From: Patescibacteria group bacterium
GTDB taxonomy: Bacteria > Patescibacteriota > JACPGU01
Assembly: GCA_022703645.1 (NCBI GenBank)
Contig: JAKLDG010000001.1
Coordinates: 733,254 to 797,253 of the forward strand
Length of the DNA: 64,000 nt
Direction: 5' to 3'
The notes under the pieces were generated by a model. The model was not told the origin of the DNA. It was given only the letters and a program-made list of their open reading frames with translations, and searched no databases. Of this stretch, positions 38,544 to 48,291 are shown piece by piece. Every line of letters begins with the position of its first letter. The stretch's first letter is position 1. The translations under genes and the position numbers were made by a program.

Positions 38544-40325
38544 TTAAATTAAACTTTGTAGTTCGCGTAAAAGTTTTTTTATTTTTTCTTTATCCTTTAC
38601 TTTATCTATTTGTGCAAGTTCCAATTCTATTTCTCTTTGTCTTTTCTCTTTCTTATTTTTTAACACATCTCTTATTAAAAGATCAATATCTAAAGTAATA
38701 TCTTTCTCATCTACTCCATCAAAAAAACTTAGAGCCAAAAAGAAAAGCAAATCAAAGTCAACCTGCTCTTCTCGGCTTAGTTTCATTTTGTTTTTTATGT
38801 ATTGAAAGTCAATTTCTTCACGTAATTTCGCACCCTTATTTTGCCACTCATTTAGAATATTGTAAAGCTTTTTACTATTTTCTTCCTCTAAATCTTCTGC
38901 TTTAACCTTATTAAAGAAATCGCTAATTTTTTTTGGATAAAGAGTTAAAAAAATTAACAATAATAATTCTTTTGATATTTTTAGTTTTACGGAACTATCC
39001 CCCTGTTTTGTCTCCACCTTCCTTTGTGTTTCACCTGCAACTTTTATTTTATCAAGAGCATCAATAATAAATTTTTCATTCACATTCATATCTGAACTAA
39101 TTTTTTTTATCCAATGTGCTTTTTCAACATCATTTGCAATACTTCTTATAATTGGGAGAAATTCTTTTGAAATGTTTTTCTTATCTTCTGTACTTTTAGC
39201 ACCATTATTTTGTTTCAGTAAACTATTATAATAAAAATCCAAAATAGGAACGGGTGATTTGCTAATTTTTATCCATTCGTTTTTATCTTTTTGAATTAAT
39301 TCATCCGGATCTTTTGCTCCTTCTATAACTATAGCTTTAATATTAATATCCTCAAATTTTGTTAGTTCAAAAGCTCTTTTTGTCGCCAAAAGCCCCGCTT
39401 CATCTGTATCAAAAGCAAAAGCAATATTTTTTGTATAACGTGATAATATTCTTACTTGTTCACTAGTTAATGCGGTACCAGAAGAAGCAACCACATTCTT
39501 GACGCCCGCTTGATGCGAAGAAATTACGTCCATATATCCCTCAACAATAATAACAAGATCACTTTCGCGGATTGTATCCTTTGCCTCATAAAGCCCGTAT
39601 ACGATTGAGCTTTTATCATAAAGATCGCTCTGCGGAGAATTGAGATACTTTGGAGGGGTAAAACGCTCATCTTTTGGAGCTTTAAAAATCCTGCCACCAA
39701 AACCAACCGTCTTTCCCTGAGTATTACGTATTGGAAAAATAATTCTTTCACGAAATTTATCAGTTACTTTGCCATATGAGTTTTTTGTGATCAGCCCCAT
39801 CTTCATCAACTCTTCCTGCTTATATCCTTTCTTTACTAAAAAATCATTAAGCAGTAGTGGACCAGTTGGTGCATAACCCAAGGAAAATTCCTTTAAAGTT
39901 ATTAGTGAAAGTTTTCTTTTTTCGGTTAAATACTGCTTTGCCTCTAATCCAGCATTGTGTTCATTTAAAATATAAGAGAAAAAATTTTGCGCCATTTCAA
40001 CCATCTGGAAATTCCGATCTTTAACGCCTTTGTTTTCAAATCTAGTTTTTTCTAACACTACTCCCGCTCTATCGGCAAGCAGATTTAATGCTGCAGGAAA
40101 ATCTAATCCTTCGATCTTTTCGATAAAGGAGATAACATCACCACCTTGATTGCACCCAAAACAATACCAAATCTGCTTTTCACCACTTACCATGAAAGAT
40201 GCTGTTTTTTCTTTGTGAAAAGGACAGCAAGCGCGGTAATTTCTGCCGGCTTTTTTCAAAGTTAAATATGACGAGATCAGATCCACCACATCAACTCTCT
40301 TTTTTACCTCATCAACTTGATCCAT
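38544..40325 (-). CDS. dnaG: DNA primase DnaG
   Basis: Zinc-binding CCPFHKEKTASF...CFGC and TOPRIM motifs (IIVEGYMD, DTDEAG). Confidence 0.9.
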   Translation of the reverse strand: MDQVDEVKKRVDVVDLISSYLTLKKAGRNYRACCPFHKEKTASFMVSGEKQIWYCFGCNQGGDVISFIEKIEGLDFPAALNLLADRAGVVLEKTRFENKGVKDRNFQMVEMAQNFFSYILNEHNAGLEAKQYLTEKRKLSLITLKEFSLGYAPTGPLLLNDFLVKKGYKQEELMKMGLITKNSYGKVTDKFRERIIFPIRNTQGKTVGFGGRIFKAPKDERFTPPKYLNSPQSDLYDKSSIVYGLYEAKDTIRESDLVIIVEGYMDVISSHQAGVKNVVASSGTALTSEQVRILSRYTKNIAFAFDTDEAGLLATKRAFELTKFEDINIKAIVIEGAKDPDELIQKDKNEWIKISKSPVPILDFYYNSLLKQNNGAKSTEDKKNISKEFLPIIRSIANDVEKAHWIKKISSDMNVNEKFIIDALDKIKVAGETQRKVETKQGDSSVKLKISKELLLLIFLTLYPKKISDFFNKVKAEDLEEENSKKLYNILNEWQNKGAKLREEIDFQYIKNKMKLSREEQVDFDLLFFLALSFFDGVDEKDITLDIDLLIRDVLKNKKEKRQREIELELAQIDKVKDKEKIKKLLRELQSLI

Positions 40326-40337
40326 TATAAAAAATTA

Positions 40338-40610
40338 TTACTCTTTCTTGCCCCAAAATTGGTCTGCTTCTTTTTCCATTTTTTCCAATCTTGTATAGTA
40401 ATCCGCAAATTCATTAAGATGGGCGAGAGCAATTTTCCCAGTCATGACCGAGTCATCACCAGTTACGTTTGTATGAGGTTCAATTGTACCGTGTTCAATT
40501 TCAACATCAAGCCCCATGCGAAATTGTTCAACGTCAAATTTGTCCCAAGTGATACCAAGTTGCTCACCAATAGACAATGCTTCTTCTGCAGTAAAAGATT
40601 TCTTTTCCAT
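40338..40610 (-). CDS. Hypothetical 90-aa protein upstream of dnaG
   Basis: No recognisable motif; separated from dnaG by 12 nt. Confidence 0.4.
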   Translation of the reverse strand: MEKKSFTAEEALSIGEQLGITWDKFDVEQFRMGLDVEIEHGTIEPHTNVTGDDSVMTGKIALAHLNEFADYYTRLEKMEKEADQFWGKKE

Positions 40611-40704
40611 ATTTAGTTATTAATTATATCAACCTTATTATAGCATTTTTTAAGTAAAAATAAAAGCGGTCTGGCATTTTGCCAGACCGCTTTCCTATTT
40701 TCAA

Positions 40705-40992
40705 TTATTTCTTCTTCATGCAGTAATTCCAGATCGATGCAAAAATATACCCGCCAATAAAACCAACAATGGCAGTAAACACGATTAACTCCAATGCTGT
40801 CCAAAATTCAAAACTGCCAATCGAATAACTTAGTGAGATGAAATGTAAAGACAAAATCCAATCATAGATTGCTTGCGCAACACCTAGAGCTACTAAAATC
40901 ACCCACAAAAGGTGAAACCCGCCCATAAATAGACCTAATGCTATACCCACCCCTGTAGCCTCTAGCATACAACAACTATCTTTTTTTGCCAT
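40705..40992 (-). CDS. Small membrane protein (3 TM)
   Basis: 95 aa, hydrophobic. Confidence 0.4.
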   Translation of the reverse strand: MAKKDSCCMLEATGVGIALGLFMGGFHLLWVILVALGVAQAIYDWILSLHFISLSYSIGSFEFWTALELIVFTAIVGFIGGYIFASIWNYCMKKK

Positions 40993-41060
40993 GATACCCT
41001 CCTTTTTTATTTTTATTTTTAGTACCTATAAAATACTACTAATTTAGCTATTTGTCAAAA

Positions 41061-41151
41061 CGGAGAAGGGGAGATTCGAACTCCCGATACGGGTTTTCAC
41101 CCGTATAACGGTTTAGCAAACCGTCGCCTTCAGCCACTCGGCCACCTCTCC
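41061..41151 (-). tRNA. tRNA-Ser(GCU)
   Basis: GGAGAGG acceptor; anticodon arm ACGGT-TTGCTAA-ACCGT; long variable arm; T-arm GGGAG-TTCGAAT-CTCCC. Confidence 0.85.
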
Positions 41152-41225
41152 AAAAATTGCGAAGCAATTTTTGCTAAGCAAAGTATACCATATTTTGACA
41201 GATTCGTTAAGGAGGGAAAAATAAA

Positions 41226-41312
41226 CGGAAGGTAAGGGATTCGAACCCTTGATGCTCTTTCGAACAAACCACCTTTCCAAGATGGCGCACTAGGCCGCTA
41301 TGCGAACCTTCC
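41226..41312 (-). tRNA. tRNA-Ser(GGA)
   Basis: GGAAGGT acceptor; anticodon arm CCATC-TTGGAAA-GGTGG; long variable arm; T-arm AAGGG-TTCGAAT-CCCTT. Confidence 0.85.
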
Positions 41313-41345
41313 AGTATAATCATTTTACTATAAAACGATTATAAT

Positions 41346-41383
41346 AAAAACGGCCGGACCCATTTGAGTCCGGCGTTTTGTTG
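41346..41383. terminator. Bidirectional intrinsic terminator (gccggac...gtccggc with A5/T4 flanks)
   Basis: 7-bp GC-rich stem with T-runs on both strands. Confidence 0.6.
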
Positions 41384-41404
41384 AATTCGGAGCAGTTTTA
41401 GTTT

Positions 41405-41719
41405 TCACTGCACTTTATGGCTGACTTCCGGGAAACTAACTGTTCCCATCCCAACAGCCTTTGAAAGAGTCCTGAACAATTCTCCTGACGGATCAAGCAC
41501 CTTGCATTCGCGCCGAAGATCTTTGCGCCAGTCTTTCTTGGCAGGCTTATCGCCGTAGAGACTGCTCACACCGGTCTTCAGTGCGGATACGATAGCACTA
41601 TTAACTTCGACCGCTTTTTCGACAAAATTTTCCATTTTCTCGTCTTCCGGCAGGCCTACTGTCATGACCATGGGATCTACTGGAGATGCTGAACTTTCTG
41701 CACTTTTCACATGCTTCAT
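41405..41719 (-). CDS. Hypothetical 104-aa protein encoded by anomalously GC-rich (~47%) DNA
   Basis: Clean ORF with a non-repetitive sequence and its own terminator. GC is about 15 points above the genome average. Confidence 0.4.
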   Translation of the reverse strand: MKHVKSAESSASPVDPMVMTVGLPEDEKMENFVEKAVEVNSAIVSALKTGVSSLYGDKPAKKDWRKDLRRECKVLDPSGELFRTLSKAVGMGTVSFPEVSHKVQ

Positions 41720-42114
41720 TGAGAGCCCTCGCTTTAAATTTTTTTCAAACGCAAAATCGTCATACTAAAGTCATTTTTTTCTATATAACCACCTCCTATT
41801 TTTATTTTTCTTCTTTTTACCCTCTTATAAACACAGCTTTTACTAGTAAAATAGTTATGGTATTCTCGCTGCATTTGTAAGAGGGGGGCTGAATGCTACA
41901 GAGTATAATCGTATTTATAAACGAAAATTCGTCAATTTCGCGAGGGCTCTCAAACCTCAGGAAATTCGCACGAATCCGGATGTATACGATTTAACCAATA
42001 GCAGTCCTAGCCACACCCCCTGCAAATTCTTAATGAACTAAATATCATTAAATAAAACAACTTATTCATTCTATCATAATCTCAATATTTAGTCAATATG
42101 GCTTTATAAGGCCA

Positions 42115-43128
42115 TTATTCTTTTTCGGCTTGCTGGCAAATTTTTTCCATTATTTTTATCGCTTCAACTGGATATTTGCCCATTGCCGTCTCTTCGGAAA
42201 GCATCACTCCACTTGCTTTCTCTAAAACTGCGGTATCAATATCGGAAACTTCCGCCCTTGTCGGATGAGGATTGTTTAGCATTGATTCCATCATTTGAGT
42301 TGCAATAATAACTATTTTACGTTTTTTGTGGACCATATGCACTATCTTCCTTTGCGCCGCAGGGACTTTTTCTAATCTTATCTCAATTCCTAGGTCTCCC
42401 CTGGCTACCATCACCCCATCTGAAACTTTTAGAATTCTACGTAAGTTTTTTAATGCTTGAGGTCTTTCAATCTTTGCGATTAATTTAATTTTTTTATTTT
42501 TTACCAATGATCGAAGATAGACAATATCTTCAGGACCTTTTACAAAGGATAATGCAATGTAGTCAACTTTATTTTTTAAGCCCCATTTTATATCCTCTTT
42601 ATCTTTTTCTGTAATTGGCGAAATTTTTAGATGAGCGTTTGGTATATTAACACCTTTTCTGGCGTAAACAACCCCACCAACTAAGACTTTAACCAAAGCT
42701 TTATTTTTTTCTTTTTCTATAACTTCCAATTCAATCACTCCATCGGAGAGAAAAATAAAAGTCCCAATATCAATATCATTTACTAGATTTTTATAATCAA
42801 TAGGTAGAAATCCTTTTTTGTATTTACCAAACCCTATATTAATCTTTGAACCCTTTTTTAGAGCTATTCCTCTTTTTGGCACATCAGCACCAGTACGAAT
42901 TCTAGGCCCCTGTAAGTCTTGTAATATTTCTACTTTTCTTTTTTTCTTCTTTGCTAAAGCACGAATATCTTCCAGCCACTTTTTTGTAATATCATATTGC
43001 GCGTGTGAGAAATTAAAGCGTGCGATATCAAGTCCAGCATCTATCATTTGCGATAATACTTTTCTACTGCCCGATGCAGGTCCGATGGTAGCAACTATTT
43101 TGGTGCGACTAAAATACTTTTTTTTCAT
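42115..43128 (-). CDS. pyk: Pyruvate kinase (short form, 337 aa, lacks C-terminal regulatory domain)
   Basis: TKIVATIGPAS, ARFNFSHAQ, MVARGDLGIEI and ATQMMESM motifs. Confidence 0.85.
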   Translation of the reverse strand: MKKKYFSRTKIVATIGPASGSRKVLSQMIDAGLDIARFNFSHAQYDITKKWLEDIRALAKKKKRKVEILQDLQGPRIRTGADVPKRGIALKKGSKINIGFGKYKKGFLPIDYKNLVNDIDIGTFIFLSDGVIELEVIEKEKNKALVKVLVGGVVYARKGVNIPNAHLKISPITEKDKEDIKWGLKNKVDYIALSFVKGPEDIVYLRSLVKNKKIKLIAKIERPQALKNLRRILKVSDGVMVARGDLGIEIRLEKVPAAQRKIVHMVHKKRKIVIIATQMMESMLNNPHPTRAEVSDIDTAVLEKASGVMLSEETAMGKYPVEAIKIMEKICQQAEKE

Positions 43129-43222
43129 AATTATGTTTTATTTTTATTTAAATATTTATTATGGTATTAGAATTTTGCTATCTTGCTAGTTTATTATCTT
43201 GTTTTATTCTTTTCTTAACAAG

Positions 43223-43837
43223 TTAACAAGATAATAAGCTAATAATCATCTCATATTTAAATCCTCTTGCAAGCATGTATTTGACGATTTTATCACGCTT
43301 AATATTTTCCTCAGATCCTGAATATTTTTTCTCAGCTTTTTCCAAAACTTTTTTGGCAAGCTCAATTTCATTTTCGCCGCCCAGCATATCACCTAAGACT
43401 TCGTCTATCGTATTTCGATCGATTCCCTTTTGCATTAGTTCCATTTTTAAAACCTTTTTCCCTTTTGGTTTTAACTTCATTCTATCGCGAACAAACATTT
43501 CCGCAAATCTTTTATCATTTACAATATCAAGTCGTTCTAATTTTTCCAAAACTTTTTCTATGACATTTTCTAAATATTCCTTTGTTTTTAATTTATCACG
43601 AATTTCTTTTTTGCTTCTCTCACGAATTTTCAAAAAATTCGCTGCTGCATTAAATGCTTTTGCATTCACTTCTTCATTTTCAATTTTCTCAATCTCCTCT
43701 TGCGTAATCTCGATTCCTTTTCTAAGATCAAGTTTTATGAATGTTCCTTCATCCAACCCAAATCGAAATTCATCATCAATAAAAATATTGTAACGATCTT
43801 TTCTTTTTTTCTGAACTTCAATTTTTGTGATAAGCAT
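43223..43837 (-). CDS. recX: Recombination regulator RecX
   Basis: Immediately downstream of recA. Lys/Glu-rich three-helix-repeat protein of RecX size with typical sequence. Confidence 0.7.
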   Translation of the reverse strand: MLITKIEVQKKRKDRYNIFIDDEFRFGLDEGTFIKLDLRKGIEITQEEIEKIENEEVNAKAFNAAANFLKIRERSKKEIRDKLKTKEYLENVIEKVLEKLERLDIVNDKRFAEMFVRDRMKLKPKGKKVLKMELMQKGIDRNTIDEVLGDMLGGENEIELAKKVLEKAEKKYSGSEENIKRDKIVKYMLARGFKYEMIISLLSC

Positions 43838-44884
43838 TTATATTTTTTCTGCTGCTAAAATTTTCTTTTCAATTTCTTTTGCTAACTTTTTATCTTCTTT
43901 CAAAAGTTGCTTTACGCTTTCTTTCCCCTGTCCAAGTTTTGTCTCTCCATAATCAAACCAAGCTCCGGCCTTACCAATAATCCCCATCTTTACTCCTAAT
44001 TCCACCAGATCTCCTTCTTTGCTGATTCCTTCATTGTACATAATATCGAATTCTGCGGTGCGAAATGGTGGGGCAACCTTGTTTTTAACAACTTTTACTG
44101 CTACATGATTACCAATAATATTCTCTCCATCTTTGATTTGTTCTTTTCTGCGAATATCCATACGGACAGATGCATAAAATTTCAAAGCATTTCCACCGGT
44201 TGTTGTTTCTGGATTTCCAAACATTACACCGATCTTCATACGAATTTGGTTGATAAAAATCACGATCGTATTGCTGCGCGCAACTGCCCCTGTAATTTTT
44301 CGTAAAGCTTGCGACATTAATCTTGCTTGAAGACCCATATGGCTATCTCCCATCTCTCCTTCTATTTCAGCACGAGGGGTGAGAGCGGCTACAGAATCTA
44401 CGACTATAATATCTACGGCATTGGAACGAACTAGAGTTTCGGTAATCTCTAAGGCTTGCTCACCTGTATCCGGTTGAGAAACAAGAAGATCATCAATATT
44501 TACTCCTATTCTTTTTGCATATTCTGGATCGAGCGCATGCTCGGCATCAACGAAAGCTGCGATCCCACCTTTTTTCTGCGCTTCAGCCACTATATGCAAA
44601 GACAATGTAGTTTTGCCAGAAGATTCCGGCCCGAATATTTCTATAATTCTTCCTCTTGGAATTCCACCAACACCAAGTGCTAAATCAAGGGATAGCGAAC
44701 CAGTAGGAATAACATCAAGATCTACCTTATTTACTTCACCTAATTTCATTATAGACCCAGTACCAAATTGTTTTTCAATCTGATCAAGAGCGAGGCGAAC
44801 TGCTTTTTGCTTTGCCCCCATTTCTTTATCGTTTCTAGATTCAACGGATTCGTTTTCTTTTTTTTCGTCTTTTTTGCCTGACAT
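43838..44884 (-). CDS. recA: Recombinase RecA
   Basis: [10 protein letters not shown] Walker [15 protein letters not shown] and [20 protein letters not shown]. Confidence 0.95.
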   Translation of the reverse strand: MSGKKDEKKENESVESRNDKEMGAKQKAVRLALDQIEKQFGTGSIMKLGEVNKVDLDVIPTGSLSLDLALGVGGIPRGRIIEIFGPESSGKTTLSLHIVAEAQKKGGIAAFVDAEHALDPEYAKRIGVNIDDLLVSQPDTGEQALEITETLVRSNAVDIIVVDSVAALTPRAEIEGEMGDSHMGLQARLMSQALRKITGAVARSNTIVIFINQIRMKIGVMFGNPETTTGGNALKFYASVRMDIRRKEQIKDGENIIGNHVAVKVVKNKVAPPFRTAEFDIMYNEGISKEGDLVELGVKMGIIGKAGAWFDYGETKLGQGKESVKQLLKEDKKLAKEIEKKILAAEKI

Positions 44885-44992
44885 AAAAACCTCCTATTGC
44901 CCCCCTAATTTTTTATTATATTTCTAATTTACCAGATTAAAGCAAAAAAAAGAAGCCTCATTTTTGAGACCTCTTTTTATGTGTTATATATT

Positions 44993-45241
44993 CTATTTAT
45001 TCTCAAGGTTACCAGCTGTAACTTTATTTATTACAATTTCAGCTTTTGTTTTTAAAAAGACCGGGTAATACATAGATAGAGATACAAGTATAACAGCAAC
45101 GATAGAAATAACAACAAAAGCTCTCTTGGCTTTCAATATTTGCAGAACATTTTCAATGCCAATGATTTTTTGTTTCTCTTTCTTCTTTTTCGGTATGAAA
45201 CTTTTTATAAATTTTAATTTTGGAGAGGTCTTTTTTTTCAT
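44993..45241 (-). CDS. Small single-TM protein
   Basis: 82 aa; Lys-rich N-terminus then a TM helix. Confidence 0.35.
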   Translation of the reverse strand: MKKKTSPKLKFIKSFIPKKKKEKQKIIGIENVLQILKAKRAFVVISIVAVILVSLSMYYPVFLKTKAEIVINKVTAGNLENK

Positions 45242-45403
45242 TTGTTAGTATTATTAATTATAAATATATCATCTTGCTTTATATCCTTGATAATAAATGA
45301 ATTAAAATGCATTTTCAAGTTAAATATATTAATAAAAAAACGACCGCCAATAAAGCGACCGTTTTTATATCGAAAGTATGGTTCTGGTATTTTTGAAAGC
45401 TAA

Positions 45404-45736
45404 TCAATTTTTTTCAACATCCCCTGTATCAGCATAATATAGATTATTTGTTTTCCACCTAATAATACGACACATGCCCCAAGGCATATAGATACCCAAG
45501 GTTATAAAAGACAGGAAAAATATCAGCAACCATGTACCGAATATCCCACCGCCTGTACCTTTGAATACTAGCTGTTTACCATCAATGTAGGTATTCTTCG
45601 CTTTCCATTTTTCAATTTCACAATATGCCCAAGGCGAATATATACCAATAGTAATAAAACACAAAAAACCTGTCCATATACATAGCCACAGAAAAGATAT
45701 CCCATCACCTTTAAATTCAAATTTACCATGTGCCAT
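45404..45736 (-). CDS. Small membrane protein with internal duplication (YSPWAYCEIEKWKAKN / YMPWGMCRIIRWKTNN)
   Basis: 110 aa; two repeats of a TM-plus-conserved-motif unit. Confidence 0.4.
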   Translation of the reverse strand: MAHGKFEFKGDGISFLWLCIWTGFLCFITIGIYSPWAYCEIEKWKAKNTYIDGKQLVFKGTGGGIFGTWLLIFFLSFITLGIYMPWGMCRIIRWKTNNLYYADTGDVEKN

Positions 45737-45769
45737 TTTTTACCCCCAATTACTAACTTAAAATTAATA

Positions 45770-46264
45770 TTATTTTAATTTTAGTTCATTACTATAAGCA
45801 AAATACAATAACAGAAGAATTGAAAGTGGTGGTACAACGGCAAAAAGCCCAAGATAATCCGGTTTTTTACAAGCAACCGCAAATCTCATCCAAACATAAA
45901 CCATCATTAAAACCCCAGCTATCCACCCCAGAATAGGAACGAACATTGGAATAAGTACTAAGAACAAATACCAACCAGAGAGACCGGCAATATTTAACAT
46001 CAAAATAGAATTTAGAATTGGTACCCAGGCAAACCAGGGTGTCCCGATATTAGTTTTTTTAGATATCTTATATAGCGATAGAGCTGATAAAACATACAAT
46101 GCGATAATCGTCAGAATCACTAAAACCATATAGGCACCCGCCATTATTCCAAACACACCTGCCACAGCCGTTAACCCGCTACTATCTTGGAAATTGTTGT
46201 ATGCTCCAACGTCGTTCAGTTTATTCAAATTACTTTGAAAATCACTTTGTAAAAAAGGGTTCAT
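45770..46264 (-). CDS. Hypothetical membrane protein (4-5 TM)
   Basis: 164 aa, hydrophobic. Confidence 0.4.
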   Translation of the reverse strand: MNPFLQSDFQSNLNKLNDVGAYNNFQDSSGLTAVAGVFGIMAGAYMVLVILTIIALYVLSALSLYKISKKTNIGTPWFAWVPILNSILMLNIAGLSGWYLFLVLIPMFVPILGWIAGVLMMVYVWMRFAVACKKPDYLGLFAVVPPLSILLLLYFAYSNELKLK

Positions 46265-46343
46265 TTTTAATCCTTTCTCTCATTCTTTTTTTAATCAAAG
46301 AATGAACTTAGTTTTGTTTTTGTTTATAACTTAAGAAATATTT

Positions 46344-46835
46344 TTATTTATAATTCGTAAATTGAAGTGGGACACCAAAATCTTTAGCTTTTAATCCTGC
46401 TAATACCTCCTGTAAAGTATCGCGCGAAGTGGAACTAACGCGGATTTCTTCGCCTTGGATAGAAGCCTTAACTTTTTTAAAACCTGTATTAATGTATTTG
46501 GAAATCTCCTTGGCTTTTTCCTGATTGAGCCCCGCAACCAATTTGATTTTTTTTCTAACTGTATTTCCACCCGCTCTTTCATTTTCTCCTGACATATCTA
46601 AAACCCTTGTATCAAGTTTTCTGGCGATTAGTTTTGCGAGTATCAAATCTGTGATTGCTTTCATCTTATAATCATCTTCTGCCTGAATAACCAGCTCTTC
46701 TTTTTCAAGGTTCATTTCATACGGCGAATTATTAAAATCATAACGATAACCAAGTTCTCGCTTGGTTTGATCGAGTGCATTTACCAATTCCTGACGGTCG
46801 AATTGAGAGACAATATCAAAAGATGAATCTGCCAT
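46344..46835 (-). CDS. yajQ: YajQ family (UPF0234) nucleotide-binding protein
   Basis: MADSSFDIVSQFDRQELVNALDQTKRELGYRYDF is the conserved YajQ N-terminus. Confidence 0.8.
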   Translation of the reverse strand: MADSSFDIVSQFDRQELVNALDQTKRELGYRYDFNNSPYEMNLEKEELVIQAEDDYKMKAITDLILAKLIARKLDTRVLDMSGENERAGGNTVRKKIKLVAGLNQEKAKEISKYINTGFKKVKASIQGEEIRVSSTSRDTLQEVLAGLKAKDFGVPLQFTNYK

Positions 46836-46916
46836 AAATATATTTTACCACAAGTTGTTGATATTGTTCAAACATCTGCTATAATTTTAAATATTGAATA
46901 TAAATAAACATAAAAA

Positions 46917-48251
46917 ATGATTTTTTCATTACCTATAAAACTTTTACTCGCGGTAGTCTTTGGTGGATTAATAGGACTCGAGAGAGAGTCAAGCCAAAGC
47001 AAGGACAATATTAAGCATGTCGGCAGTGTTGGAGGCATAAGAACATATTCATTAATCGCTCTTCTTGGTGCTCTGTCGGGTCTAATCCTTGACCAGAACC
47101 TACCGAATATATTTTTACTCATAGCGGGAACTATGTGCGCATTAGTTGTAGTTTATTATTTTGTAGGAACTTCGATAACTGGAAGAACGGGCTTAACGAC
47201 CGAGATATCTGCTGTTTTTACATTCTTAATTGGCTTTTTCCTTGTAACAAATATTCTTTCAACGCAACTCACAATTGCTATTTTTGTAATGATTCTTTTG
47301 ATTCTTTCTATAAAAATTAAAACGCAAAAATTTGCACTTGGAATATCGCACAAAGAAGTTGAATCTTTTATCAGTTATGCGATTATCGCCTTAGTAATCT
47401 TGCCTTTCTTACCAAATAAAGCATTTTTTATCACTGATATACCAGGAATAAACGCTTTATTGGATTCAGCAAACTTGAGCTTGGGTATATTTGCAAAAAT
47501 GGAAATATTAAATCCTTACAGACTATGGTTTATTGTAGCTTTAATCACAGGAATAGATGTAATAGGATACATTCTTGGACGTCTTATGAGTAAAAAACAA
47601 AGTCTAGTTATTGCTAGTACCGCAGCTGGCGTAGTTTCTTCCACCTCAGCAATCCAATCCTTAGCAGTAAAGAGCCATGCTAATTCAAAATTAGATCGAT
47701 TAGTTGGAGCAGCACTATTTGCCAACGCAGCAAGTATGACGCAGGTTTTTCTTCTTGTTACACCACTCAACGCAAAACTTACTTTTTATTTATTTCCGAC
47801 GATAATTATTATCGGCTTGGCTTCCTTGCTTACTGGTGTATATTTTCTTACGAGAAAAAGTACGAATAAAGGAGATAGTAAACATGAAGCAAAAAAGGAA
47901 GAAAAGATATTTTCTCTTATGCCAGCTCTAAAATTCGCGGTTCTATTAATAGTAGTACGTGTTGTAACGAAAACCGCGTTAGCATTCTTTGGACAATCAG
48001 GATTTTTAATCAGCTCAATGATTGGTGCTTTTGCCGGACTTGATGCAATCCTCATCAACCTTGCGGAATTAGCTGGAAAAGCTATTACGTTTAAGTCAGC
48101 ACTATTAACTTTCGCCGCCGTAAACGCAACTAATATGCTAGCAAAAACTATTTACTCCTTCATGCAAGGAAAAAAGGAATTTGGATATAAGATCTTAATG
48201 GGTTTGGGTGTTGTAGCAATTTCAGGTTTTATTGGATATTTTCTGAAATAA
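46917..48251 (+). CDS. MgtC/SapB-family N-terminal domain plus DUF4010 membrane protein
   Basis: LLLAVVFGGLIGLERE signature; 444 aa, polytopic. Confidence 0.5.
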   Translation: MIFSLPIKLLLAVVFGGLIGLERESSQSKDNIKHVGSVGGIRTYSLIALLGALSGLILDQNLPNIFLLIAGTMCALVVVYYFVGTSITGRTGLTTEISAVFTFLIGFFLVTNILSTQLTIAIFVMILLILSIKIKTQKFALGISHKEVESFISYAIIALVILPFLPNKAFFITDIPGINALLDSANLSLGIFAKMEILNPYRLWFIVALITGIDVIGYILGRLMSKKQSLVIASTAAGVVSSTSAIQSLAVKSHANSKLDRLVGAALFANAASMTQVFLLVTPLNAKLTFYLFPTIIIIGLASLLTGVYFLTRKSTNKGDSKHEAKKEEKIFSLMPALKFAVLLIVVRVVTKTALAFFGQSGFLISSMIGAFAGLDAILINLAELAGKAITFKSALLTFAAVNATNMLAKTIYSFMQGKKEFGYKILMGLGVVAISGFIGYFLK

Positions 48252-48261
48252 TTGATTTTAA

Positions 48262-48290
48262 AAAAATAGGGGCTAGCCCCTATTTTTTTA
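48262..48290. terminator. Bidirectional terminator (aataggggctagcccctatt) between convergent genes
   Basis: Palindromic GC-rich hairpin flanked by A/T runs. Confidence 0.65.
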
Positions 48291-48291
48291 T

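Noticed and set aside
43275-43793. 172-aa Ser/Phe-rich plus-strand ORF
   Set aside because: Antisense to recX with a low-complexity product; mirror-image artefact of a Lys/Glu-rich gene.
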